From a bacterium (GTDB lineage: Bacteria > JADJOY01): a DNA stretch of 64,000 bases. The notes beneath the pieces are model-generated. The model made no database searches and was not told the DNA's origin. It saw only the letters and a list, made by a program, of their open reading frames with translations. Location of the stretch: the NCBI GenBank assembly GCA_046331705.1, contig JAXLQJ010000007.1, forward strand, positions 62,001-126,000, in the 5' to 3' direction. The position numbers were made by a program, and so were the translations under genes. Positions 21,801 to 30,237 of the stretch are shown here, in pieces; the first letter of the stretch is position 1; every line of letters starts with the position of its first letter.

Positions 21801-22037
21801 CATCGCGAATCGCAGCTCGCGCCGCGCGATCACCCAGCTGGTCGATCCCGCGAGGTCGAAGTCGAAACGCAGCGCCAGCCCCGCCGCCGTCGCCTCGCCC
21901 CGCACCGCTGCCGTCGAGCCCGGTGCGGCGTGCGTCACCCAGCTCGCGACCTCGCCGGGCGTCGCCCGCGCCGAATCCCAGATCGCGCTCAGCGGCGGCT
22001 CGTTCACGGCGATGGCTCCCGCAGCGTCACGCGACAC
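18888..22037 (-). CDS. Discoidin (F5/8 type C) domain plus six-hairpin glycosidase-like protein (1049 aa)
   Basis: N-terminal CBM-like and discoidin segments (ARASS, LELDLG). Catalytic-domain motifs QPGPRCYRRSWIRDG, EHDSHG, SISHEGY and GDLPHGW. Confidence 0.75.
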   Translation of the reverse strand: MSRDAAGAIAVNEPPLSAIWDSARATPGEVASWVTHAAPGSTAAVRGEATAAGLALRFDFDLAGSTSWVIARRELRFAMPSHYVARLTVRAALAPNQFQLKLVDPTNANVWWWRQAIGPCAETTTIVLRRSALGFAWGPASGAPPREIGAIEIALAAGRGGAGTLWIEKLEIAAREDVKGPPRVVAARASSAANPHGASSIAHAARAEPWCPAPSDPAPALELDLGALREWGGVLVELDGRGPFPPSRVLASDAAAGDEWSVVGEDEGGPQPSRWLARGEGEARRLRLELGRVAGAALAVRRVAIVPIERVLSPAAWASIRAEAAQRGRYPRHLLGEQAYWAIAGGDADAEKALLSEDGALEVAAEGFTLEPFLVCDGTVLSWADVTATPALVDGSLPMPTVTWSAGDLVLEASACATGPSDQRVLVARYRVSHRAARERSIRLVIAIRPYQVTPAWQSLNVLPAVAPIHRLARRGDRIVVDDHELVLVTPPSRFGAAATDDGLETIFAGGFPKETEIDDPLGFAEGALAYDLRVAPGATETVAIAVPRSTGRVASAIQAPGWADERFAAARDAFRARLAALPIALPPAAARFRDSLRASLGWILLNRDGPRIQPGPRCYRRSWIRDGTLTGTALAELGFVDEARAFLRWYAPFQHADGRVPCAVDHAGIDPVAEHDSHGQLAWGVVEVYRLSGDAGFLRELWPRVRRAVDAIAALRATRLDESARARGCFGLLPQSISHEGYSSQPVHSFWDDLFAVRGLTDAAYAAEVLGERGEAERIGSLRDSLRRDLHAAVAATIDRAGIDFIPGSVELADFDPTSTSIAFDPCEEAERFPRAALVHTFERYWAELEARRAGRAPNDGYTPYEIRNATALLRLGWKDRALAQLDWLLGDQRPPAWCQWPEVAWREQRAARFLGDLPHGWVASSFLRTVRRLIAYERERDAALVLGAGIPAEWARDPAGVQVRALPTHYGALTVTITATASPNGDGEVVRFAFEPGLRTPPGGIELVSPLDRPLRRVLVEGRPLLLAPSETRVRLSFVPTAVDIHV

Positions 22038-23775
22038 GGAACGTGATCGGCTCGTGATCGTGCGGGGTGAGGACCCAGCGGCGGTGGTGGTGCTCGGCGA
22101 CTCCGGGCCGATACGCGATCGAGATCACCCCCGAGCGCGGCAAGCGCGACGCCAGCAGCTGGTAGTAGCGGCGCTCGCGCTCCTCGTCGAGGGCGGTGGT
22201 CGCTTGATCGAGGAAGATCCACTCGGGCTCGTGCAGCAGCGTGCGCGCCAAGCCCAGCCATTGCTGCTGGACCGGCGTCAGGTATTGATCCCACGGCTTG
22301 TGCTCGTCGAGGTGCGCCGCGAGGTGCTCGAGCTCGACCAGGCGCAGCAGCTCGCGCACGTCGTCGTCGGGAAAGGGACCGTCGGAGTCGGGGTGGTTCA
22401 TCACCGCGCGCAACGACGCGATCGGCAGGTACGGCCGCTGGGAGACGAAGTGGAGCCGCCCGTGGGCGGGGATCTCGATCACCCCGGCCCCGAACGGCCA
22501 CATGCCCGCGATCGCACGCAGCAGCGCGGTCTTGCCCACGCCGGACGGCCCGGAGATCGCGACCCGCTCGCCGGGCGAGAGCGTCGCGTTGGCGCCAGTG
22601 ACGAGCACCCGCCCGCCCGGCACCTCGATGCGCACGTCGCGCAGGCGGATCTCGGTGTGGTTCGTCAGCTCGATGCGGATGCGCCCGCCCAGGCTGAGCT
22701 CGAGCTCGGTCTTGTCCATGAGGTCCGCGAACGTCGAGAGCCGCTCGATGCTGGCGCGCCAGCGCGCGATCTCCTGGTACGCGTTCACGAACCACGTGAG
22801 CGCCCCCGAGACCTGGCCGTACGCGATCCGCACCTGGGCCAGCGCTCCCAGCGTCAACGCACCCGAGAACACCGCCGGCGCGGACGCGAGCATCGGGATG
22901 AGCCCGTTGAGCTGGCCCACACCGCCGGTGAGCAGCGTGAGGTTCCGCTGCGCGCGGATCAGCTCGAGCCAGTTGTCGAGCACCGAGCGAAAACGCGTCA
23001 TCGCGGCGCGACGCTCGAAGTCCTCGCCGCGCGAGAAGGCGATCGCCTCGATGTTGTCGCGGAAGCGCACCAGCGAGTAGCGGAAATCCGCCTCGAACCG
23101 CAGCCGATCGTAGTTGATCGGCACCAGCCGACGCCCCGTGAGGTGGGTGATCCACATGGCGAACAAGGCGTAGCCGATGGCCACCCACATCAGGAATCCA
23201 GGCACGTGGTAGTCCTGGCCATGGATCGAGATCGGCCAGTCGCGCGAGAGCCCCCACAGGAGCCCGCCGAACGAGAGCAGCGTCGCCAGCGCCGACAGCA
23301 GCGAGAGCGAGAGACCGAGCGCGCTCGCGACGAAATCGCGGATGTCCTCGGCGATCCGCTGGTCGGGATTGTCCATCTCGCCGCGGTGCAGCTCCGCCTG
23401 ACAGAACGCGTGCCGATTGACCCAGCGCTGCAGGTAGTGGGCGGTCACGTTCTGCCGCCAGCGCACCTCGAGGTACTGACGGATGTAGATGCGCAACGTG
23501 GTCATGAGCAGGAACACGAACGACACGACCACGAACAGCACCACGGCCTCGCCGAACGCGGAAGGCGAGCTCATCTGGAACGAGTCCAGGATCTTGCCTT
23601 CCGCCGACGCGATCAGCACCGTTCCGTAGACCGCGCCGAGCTCCATCGCCGCCGCGAGCCCGAGCATGACCGCCGCCCAGGTCGCCTCGGGCGCGCTCCA
23701 GTAGATGACCAGCAATCGCCACAGATTGTGAGCGAATCTGCGGTCGAACCGCGTGCCGGCGCGTCCGTTCGACAT
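22027..23775 (-). CDS. ABC half-transporter, YddA/BacA(Rv1819c)/ABCD family, with degenerate NBD
   Basis: DNPDQRIAED, EADFRYSLVRFRDNIEAIAF and Walker A GPSGVGKT. Signature is LTPVQ, Walker B is FLDQA and H-switch is SIAYR. Confidence 0.88.
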   Translation of the reverse strand: MSNGRAGTRFDRRFAHNLWRLLVIYWSAPEATWAAVMLGLAAAMELGAVYGTVLIASAEGKILDSFQMSSPSAFGEAVVLFVVVSFVFLLMTTLRIYIRQYLEVRWRQNVTAHYLQRWVNRHAFCQAELHRGEMDNPDQRIAEDIRDFVASALGLSLSLLSALATLLSFGGLLWGLSRDWPISIHGQDYHVPGFLMWVAIGYALFAMWITHLTGRRLVPINYDRLRFEADFRYSLVRFRDNIEAIAFSRGEDFERRAAMTRFRSVLDNWLELIRAQRNLTLLTGGVGQLNGLIPMLASAPAVFSGALTLGALAQVRIAYGQVSGALTWFVNAYQEIARWRASIERLSTFADLMDKTELELSLGGRIRIELTNHTEIRLRDVRIEVPGGRVLVTGANATLSPGERVAISGPSGVGKTALLRAIAGMWPFGAGVIEIPAHGRLHFVSQRPYLPIASLRAVMNHPDSDGPFPDDDVRELLRLVELEHLAAHLDEHKPWDQYLTPVQQQWLGLARTLLHEPEWIFLDQATTALDEERERRYYQLLASRLPRSGVISIAYRPGVAEHHHRRWVLTPHDHEPITFRVA

Positions 23776-24011
23776 CGTGCTCACCTGGTCGGGTTCGGCC
23801 GATCCCTTTCCTCACGTGTCGCGCGGAGCGAACGCAGAGGTATACGGCGACTCACGACCTCCGTGCCAGCGGAATCGATCGGCGCTGCACCGGCTCCGCT
23901 CGGCGGCGCCAGCGCGCCCGCGCCGCGCCGGACCACCGCCACGCGCTCGCCACGCCTACTCGAGACTTCGGCAGCTGGACGATCGACAGGAGCGCGAAAC
24001 GAGCACGCATG

Positions 24012-24782
24012 TCAGCCGAGAGCCAGGATCGCCGCGCCATAGGCTCCCATGAGCTGGGGCTCGGCGGGCACCACCACCGGCTCGCCGGCGATCTCACCCA
24101 GCATCGCGCGCACGGCGTCGTTCCGCGCGACCCCACCCGAGACCATGAGCGGTAGCTCGAGGCCGACGCCGCGGACCATGGCCGCGAGCCGACCGATGAG
24201 CGAGCGATGAAGCCCCTTGAGGATCGCTTCCAGCTCGGCGCCGTGGGCGATGAGCGAGATGATCTCGCTCTCGGCGAAGACCGTGCACGTGCTGCTGATC
24301 GCCTCTTCGCCACGCGCCGCGAGGGCGCGCGCGCCGAGCTCGGCGATCGGCACTCCCAGGCGGCTCGCGGTGTTCTCCAGGAACCGACCCGTGCCCGCGG
24401 CGCATTTGTCGTTCATCAGGAAGTCGACCGCGCGTCCGCCCTCACCCACGCGAATGACCTTCGAGTCCTGGCCGCCGATGTCCACCAACGTGCCGCGTCG
24501 CCCCAGCGCGGCGAAGACGCCGCGGGCGTGGCACGTGATCTCGGTCACCTGGCGCGAGACGTCCTTGACGAGCTTGCGGCCGTAACCGGTGGCGATCGCC
24601 GGGACGGCGCCGCCCGCCTTCACCTCGAGCCGCAGCGCGTCCAGCATCCGCGCCACCTGGTCTTCGACCCGGGGGGCCGCGGGCTCGATGGCGTGGCTGA
24701 GCAGCGAGCCGTCGGACGCGATGGCGACCAGCTTGGTGGTGGTCGACCCCGCGTCGATGCCGATCGCCGCGGCGCTCGTCAT
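24012..24782 (-). CDS. 2-hydroxyacyl-CoA dehydratase activase (HgdC/HadI, BadF/BcrA ATPase family)
   Basis: GIDAGSTTTK, TEITCHARG, DIGGQDSK, MNDKCAAGTG and STCTVFAESE motifs. ATGA overlap with the upstream gene. Confidence 0.93.
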   Translation of the reverse strand: MTSAAAIGIDAGSTTTKLVAIASDGSLLSHAIEPAAPRVEDQVARMLDALRLEVKAGGAVPAIATGYGRKLVKDVSRQVTEITCHARGVFAALGRRGTLVDIGGQDSKVIRVGEGGRAVDFLMNDKCAAGTGRFLENTASRLGVPIAELGARALAARGEEAISSTCTVFAESEIISLIAHGAELEAILKGLHRSLIGRLAAMVRGVGLELPLMVSGGVARNDAVRAMLGEIAGEPVVVPAEPQLMGAYGAAILALG

Positions 24783-26197
24783 CCGCGCGCTTCCATCATC
24801 TCGACGAACGCCTCCAGCCGCGCGTTGCCCTGCTCGTCCGCCCACGCGCGCGGGTCCGAGTGATCCGCCTCGAGAAGCAGCGCGGGAAGGTCGAGCTCGC
24901 GGGCGAGCAGCTCGCGCTCGTCGATCTGCCCGAGCGAGTACGGCTTGCAGGAACGGTCCGAGTGCAGCACGGCGCCGTCGAGAGCGAACTCCTTCACCAT
25001 CCGCTTCATCACCCGCAGCTTGTCGGCGGGCGAGCGGTTCAGGATCGGGTGGAGGTAGACCTTGGCCATCGAGTCGAGGGGCTTGGTCGGATCGATCAGC
25101 GGCGCCAGCTCGCCCCAGGCGTAGGTGTACGTGGACACCACCACGTTCACCCCGTGCTGAGCGAGGAGCTTCGAGAAGCTGCCGATCCGGTACCAGATCG
25201 GGAGGTTGTCCCAGAGCACCCGGTAGCGCTCGTTCTTGACCGCGCCGATGCCCTTGGCGACTCGCGCGTCCAGCTCGGCCAGCATCCGGCGGTAGTAGGC
25301 CACGGTCACGGCGTCGCCCCGGAGATCCACGATCGGCCCCATGTGGATGAAGCCGTCGAACGCGGTCATCGGCGCCGGGCGGTGCTGCGAGCGGTCGAGC
25401 ACCTCGAGCCAGAGGTCCGCGGCGTCACGGGCGTGCTGAAGCACCGTCTCGAAGCGCTTCTCGTCGAGCGCCTTGCCCGCCACGCGCTCGGCTACCGGAA
25501 TGATCCCCTCGATCTGCCGCTTCACGTACTCGATCTGGTGCGGCTGCGCTTCGCCGTAGAGAAACGGCGTGTCGATGACCACCAACGGCACGCCGAAGAG
25601 ATCCGCCAGGTTTCGGTACCAGTAGAGGACCGTCTGGCAGATGTTCGTGCAGCACAGCAGCAGGTCCGGCCGCGGCAGGCGCCCCACCGGCGTCTTGCCG
25701 GAGAGCACGGTGCCCAGGTCCGTGCGGGCGTACGAGCACAGATCGCGCGAGAAGCCCGCGTTCTCGGCCTCGGTGGCGATCTCCTCGGTCTTGCGTCGCA
25801 CTCCGCACAGCGCCGCGTGGTTCTCCGGATAGATCAGGAAGAAGTCGAACGCCTTGAGGACCTCGGCGGGAGCGCCGCTGGTCACCCACGCGACCTTCCG
25901 GACACCGCTCGCGTAGCGCCCCTCCAGGTAGTGGCGCGTCATCAGCTCTTTCATCTGCGCCACGCACACCAGCGGCGGTGCGAGCAGGTCGGTGGGCTTG
26001 GGACGATGGCGCCGGATCGCGCGCTCGTCGCGCCAGCGCTGGATGCGCAGCGCCGGCTTGCCGAAGAGCTCGTAGCCGAAGAGATGCGCCAGGCGATTCG
26101 AGGGAGCGAACGCCGCCGCGGGCGCGATGGCGCCCGGTGACGAGCCGCGCGCGCTGGCGCCCGGGGCGACGGGAAGCGTCGAGGCGTTGGCGCTCAT
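24779..26197 (-). CDS. 2-hydroxyacyl-CoA dehydratase / benzoyl-CoA reductase-like subunit (HGD-D)
   Basis: YPENHAA, GFSRDLCSY, TNICQT and DRSCKPYS Fe-S Cys motifs. ATGA overlaps on both sides. Confidence 0.88.
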   Translation of the reverse strand: MSANASTLPVAPGASARGSSPGAIAPAAAFAPSNRLAHLFGYELFGKPALRIQRWRDERAIRRHRPKPTDLLAPPLVCVAQMKELMTRHYLEGRYASGVRKVAWVTSGAPAEVLKAFDFFLIYPENHAALCGVRRKTEEIATEAENAGFSRDLCSYARTDLGTVLSGKTPVGRLPRPDLLLCCTNICQTVLYWYRNLADLFGVPLVVIDTPFLYGEAQPHQIEYVKRQIEGIIPVAERVAGKALDEKRFETVLQHARDAADLWLEVLDRSQHRPAPMTAFDGFIHMGPIVDLRGDAVTVAYYRRMLAELDARVAKGIGAVKNERYRVLWDNLPIWYRIGSFSKLLAQHGVNVVVSTYTYAWGELAPLIDPTKPLDSMAKVYLHPILNRSPADKLRVMKRMVKEFALDGAVLHSDRSCKPYSLGQIDERELLARELDLPALLLEADHSDPRAWADEQGNARLEAFVEMMEARG

Positions 26198-27279
26198 TGA
26201 AGCGTCTCCACGAACGCCTCGATCCGCGTCACCGCCTGCTGGCTCAAGCTCGGCACCAGCTCGTGCTCGATGTGGGTCATGGGATAGCCGGCTTCCGCGA
26301 GGTGGTGGCGAAGGCGCGGCAGATCGAAGAGCTCGGGCTCGCAGAACTTGACGCCGTAGACGAGCATCCCGCGCGCGCCGCTCGCCTGCATTCGCGTGAT
26401 CAGCTCGTGGGAGCGCACGGCGATGCGCGTCCCGCGCGTGGGATCGGCCGGACCGTCGAGGATCGCCTTGGCGACACGCTCGAGCGCGCTGCCCTTGTCG
26501 GGCATGTCGTAGACGCGCCGAAACCCGCACGCGAGGTCGTCCGCGACCACCGTGGCGCCGGCGGCGCGGATCGCGTCGAAGAGCGTCATCGGCTCGGTCA
26601 CGATTCCCGAGAGCAGGATCGGCACGCCGTCCGCCGGGCGCGGGTCGTGGCGCTCGACGGCGCCCGCGATGCGGATGAAGTCCTCGGAGGGCAGGTATTC
26701 CCGCGAGCGAACCAGGGTGTAGAACTCCCGATCGGTGAGCGGCAGACGAGCGCGATCGTGATAGAGCGCCGCGAGCGCCCGGATCGCCGCGGCCTCGGTG
26801 TCGAGCGCCACCTTCCAGTCGGCTTCGGTCGGCGTCTTGCCGGACATCGCCTCCAACTCGCGGCCGAGTCGCGCCAGCTCGTCCACGTAGTAGAGATAGT
26901 CCGCCTCGCGCCGGTCGCGTGGGTGATAGACGGTGAGCACCCGCTGCCGCGGCCGCACGAAATCACCGAGAACGGCGGCCATCCCCTGCATGGCGTCGCA
27001 CGTGTGCGGGACCAGCAGCCCATCCGCCACGTCGGCTCCGCCCGAGAGCAGAAACGACGTCGCCTTCACGACGATGTCGCAGGTGTACGCCTGGAAATGA
27101 CGCGCGCCCTGCGCCATGGGCGCTTCGGGCGGTCCCCACAGCTCCACCGGGTGGAAGCCGTACGCGCTCAGCAACGGCCGCGGGTAGTGGATCGGCAACA
27201 CCGCGATGATGCGTTTGCCCTCACCGCGCACCCGCTGGATCACCTCGGCGCGGCTGGGCAGCACCTCCGGCAACGACAT
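26194..27279 (-). CDS. 2-hydroxyacyl-CoA dehydratase / benzoyl-CoA reductase-like subunit (HGD-D)
   Basis: FQAYTC, PHTCD, VKFCEPELFD and TRIEAFVE motifs. Confidence 0.88.
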   Translation of the reverse strand: MSLPEVLPSRAEVIQRVRGEGKRIIAVLPIHYPRPLLSAYGFHPVELWGPPEAPMAQGARHFQAYTCDIVVKATSFLLSGGADVADGLLVPHTCDAMQGMAAVLGDFVRPRQRVLTVYHPRDRREADYLYYVDELARLGRELEAMSGKTPTEADWKVALDTEAAAIRALAALYHDRARLPLTDREFYTLVRSREYLPSEDFIRIAGAVERHDPRPADGVPILLSGIVTEPMTLFDAIRAAGATVVADDLACGFRRVYDMPDKGSALERVAKAILDGPADPTRGTRIAVRSHELITRMQASGARGMLVYGVKFCEPELFDLPRLRHHLAEAGYPMTHIEHELVPSLSQQAVTRIEAFVETLQ

Positions 27280-27359
27280 GGCTCGCCCCCCTTCTCGAAC
27301 CCACGCACTCGCCGCTTCCTCATCAAGACGCGTGCCCGAACGCCGTTCGGCGGAGCGCG

Positions 27360-27376
27360 TGCCCGAGGCATGCCAA
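27360..27376 (-). promoter_or_regulatory. Possible sigma-54 promoter for the dehydratase operon
   Basis: Minus strand TTGGCATGCCTCGGGCA is GG-N10-GC, about 80 bp upstream of the ATG at 27279. The -12 element is non-consensus. Confidence 0.4.
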
Positions 27377-27632
27377 TCCGCGTGCGACGCGCACGTTGCG
27401 CGCCGTCGTGGGATGTCGATCACCGAGTGACGCAACCGGCCGGTGACGTGCCGTCAGCGGCCATCCCACCGGCCGCACCGACCGGTGACGTCGGTCCAGA
27501 GCGAGTCCTCGGCGCACAGACACACGTTGCACGGATGACGGCGCCGGTGATAGCCCGGCGGACGATGCGCCCGCGAGCGGTAATCGGCACGCCGTCAGCG
27601 CGGGAATCGCGGTCCGAGCCGAGCGCACGGAC

Positions 27633-28223
27633 ATGAACGTCGCCACCGGCCTCGCGCTCGTCTGGGAGATCGATCCCGGCGACCCACGCCGCCGCGCCCG
27701 CGCCACGGAGGTGCTCGTATCGTCCTCCGAGGTGCCCTTTCCACCCCTCTGCCCCGCCTGCCTCGGACCCGCGACCACGATCGTGGAGGTGAGCTACGAG
27801 GCGAGCGTACGCGGCAACCGCCGCTGCTGCCGCGTTCCCCATTGCGCGGCGTGCGCCGCCGAGATCGCCCGCCGCGCGCGCCGGGTGGGGGTGGGCTTCG
27901 CGAGTGCCTTCGTCGCGCAGCTGGCCGTGGCGTGGCTCACCGGCGCTCTAGCGATGCGGTTCGCGATGGCGGCCGATCCCCTGCCCGGCCTGGTCGTGGC
28001 GACGAAGGCGCTGCCGACCGCGGTGGCGCCCGTGGTGCTGCGCTGGATCTGGCTCGCGTATCGGCGCTGCTGGTACCTGGGCGTTCGCATCGTCGGCGCC
28101 GATCCCGTGGGGACACGGGTTCACCTGGCCATCGACGAGCCCGCCTATGTCGCCGAGCTGCTGCGCCTCGATCCCACCGCGCGGGTCGTCGCCCGTCGTG
28201 GACCCACTCGGTCGAGTCGCTGA
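27633..28223 (+). CDS. Hypothetical membrane protein with a Cys4 zinc-ribbon-like motif
   Basis: FPPLCPAC ... VPHCAAC followed by two hydrophobic helices. Confidence 0.6.
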   Translation: MNVATGLALVWEIDPGDPRRRARATEVLVSSSEVPFPPLCPACLGPATTIVEVSYEASVRGNRRCCRVPHCAACAAEIARRARRVGVGFASAFVAQLAVAWLTGALAMRFAMAADPLPGLVVATKALPTAVAPVVLRWIWLAYRRCWYLGVRIVGADPVGTRVHLAIDEPAYVAELLRLDPTARVVARRGPTRSSR

Positions 28224-28298
28224 GCGCGACGCCCGTCGTCGACCGCCGCGCTCGGAGCAAGCTTGTTCCCGAGCGACCGAAACCGCTAGCCTCGAAGG

Positions 28299-30197
28299 AT
28301 GACCGTCACCCCACCGCGTGACGCCGTCGAGCCGGCGCTCGCACCCGCGCTCGGCACGGTGGCGCTCGCCCCAGCCGCGGCGAGCCACGTCCGGCCGTTC
28401 GAGCGCGCCCCGCTCAGCGGCTGGCGCGGCGCGATCCTGCAGCGCATTCCCGCCCTCGATTCGCTGCGCAGCTACGGTCTCGGCCACGCGCGCGCCGATC
28501 TGGTGGCGGGGCTGACGGTCGCCACGGTGGCGGTGCCACAGGCCATGGCCTACGCGATCGTGGCCGGGATCCCGCCGGAATACGGGCTCTACACCGCGAT
28601 CGTGATGACCGCCGTGGGGGCGCTCTTCGATTCCTCGCGCCAGCTCATCAACGGGCCCACCAACGCGATCTCGATCGCGGTGCTGAGCGCCATCGGCGTG
28701 CTGCCGCCGGAGCAGCGCCTCCAGGCCGCGATCCTGCTCGCGTTCCTGGTGGGCAGCGTCCAGATCGGGATCACGCTGCTCAAGCTCGGCGACCTGACGC
28801 GCTACATCTCGCACTCCGTGATCCTCGGGTTCACCGTGGGCGCGAGCCTGCTCTTGGTCCTCGACCAGCTCAAGAACCTGCTCGGTCTCAAGGCCATGGG
28901 CGGCGTCCACGACTCGTTCCTGATGAGGTTCTGGGCCACCCTCGCCCATGGCGGCTCGGTCCACGCGCCGACGCTGCTCGTGGGGCTCGGCACCGTGCTC
29001 GTGATCGTCGCGCTGCGCGCGTTGAAGACGCGACTACGCATGCCGCTGCTGCCCGACCTGCTGCTCACGGTGATCGCGGCGGCGGCGGCGAGCGCGTACT
29101 TCGGACTCGAGGCGAGCGGCGTCAAGGTCGTCGGCGAGATCCCGCGCAAGCTGCCGTCCTTCGCGCTGCCGCCCCTCGACACGCCGCTGCTGCAGACCCT
29201 CGCGACCCCCGCGCTCGCGATCGCCACTCTCGGCTTGCTGGAAGCGATCTCGATGGCCAAGGCGATCGCGGCGCAGACCCGCCAGAAGCTCGACATCAAC
29301 CAGCAATGCCTCTCCGAGGGGCTCGCCAACCTGAGTGGCTCGTTCTTCCACTGCTTCCCGGGCTCGGGGTCGCTCACGCGTTCGGCGATCAATCAGCAAG
29401 CGGGCGGCATGACCCAGTGGTCGGGCGTGATCTCCGCCGCGGCGGTGGCGGGGATCGTCCTCGCCTTCGCGCCCTACGCTCGGTTCATCCCGCGCACCAC
29501 GATGGCGGGGATACTGGTGGTGTCGTCCTGGCGGATGGTGGACTGGCCGGCGCTTCGCTACCACTGGCGCGCGTCGCGCTTCGACAAGGTCATCGTCGCC
29601 GTGACGGCGCTCGCAGCGGTGGGGATCAGCGTCGAGTTCTGCGTGTTGATCGGCGTCTTCATGTCGTTCCTGCTCGCGGTGCCGCGCGCCGGACGCATGC
29701 TGCTCACCGAGTTCGTGGTCACCGCCGAGGGTGTCATCCACGAGCGGCTCGAGGGCGAGCCGGTGTGCGGGCGCATCCTCGTGTTCGGGCTGGAAGGGGA
29801 GATGTTCTTCGGCGCGCAGGCGGACCTGGAGCGCCACCTGGAGACGATCGAAGGACGCATCGGTCCGGAGACCAAGGTGGTGGTGCTGCGAGTGAAGCGC
29901 GTGCGCAGCCCCGATGCGGTCGGGATGCACCTCCTCGACGAGCACCTGCGCCGCATCGAGCAGCGTGGTGTGCACGTGGTGCTGGTCGGTGTGCGCAGCG
30001 ACCTCGAGCAGGCGCTCGAGCGCACCGGCATCGCCGCGCGCCTCAACCCGAATCACATCTTCCACGAGCAACCCATCCGGCACACCAGCACCCAGAAGGG
30101 TGTCCAGTTCGCGTACGAGCTGATCGAGCAGCCCTGCGAGACCTGCCCGCGGCGCGATCCCGAAGTGCGCGCCAAGCAGTTCCGTTACAACGTGTGA
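28299..30197 (+). CDS. sulP: SulP/SLC26 anion transporter with STAS domain
   Basis: DLVAGLTVA..VPQAMAYA, GLYTAI, GPTNA and GSLTRSA motifs. STAS segment GEMFFG. C-terminal CETC. Confidence 0.93.
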   Translation: MTVTPPRDAVEPALAPALGTVALAPAAASHVRPFERAPLSGWRGAILQRIPALDSLRSYGLGHARADLVAGLTVATVAVPQAMAYAIVAGIPPEYGLYTAIVMTAVGALFDSSRQLINGPTNAISIAVLSAIGVLPPEQRLQAAILLAFLVGSVQIGITLLKLGDLTRYISHSVILGFTVGASLLLVLDQLKNLLGLKAMGGVHDSFLMRFWATLAHGGSVHAPTLLVGLGTVLVIVALRALKTRLRMPLLPDLLLTVIAAAAASAYFGLEASGVKVVGEIPRKLPSFALPPLDTPLLQTLATPALAIATLGLLEAISMAKAIAAQTRQKLDINQQCLSEGLANLSGSFFHCFPGSGSLTRSAINQQAGGMTQWSGVISAAAVAGIVLAFAPYARFIPRTTMAGILVVSSWRMVDWPALRYHWRASRFDKVIVAVTALAAVGISVEFCVLIGVFMSFLLAVPRAGRMLLTEFVVTAEGVIHERLEGEPVCGRILVFGLEGEMFFGAQADLERHLETIEGRIGPETKVVVLRVKRVRSPDAVGMHLLDEHLRRIEQRGVHVVLVGVRSDLEQALERTGIAARLNPNHIFHEQPIRHTSTQKGVQFAYELIEQPCETCPRRDPEVRAKQFRYNV

Positions 30198-30237
30198 GCG
30201 CCGCGCGCGCTCGTCCGGCCCGTCAGCTACGCGCGAT

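Noticed and set aside
27421-27600. Short repeats CCGGTGACGT (27440 and 27482) as a CRISPR or enhancer array
   Set aside because: Only two 10-bp GC-rich copies, with no regular spacers and no cas genes. A role as activator sites cannot be supported.
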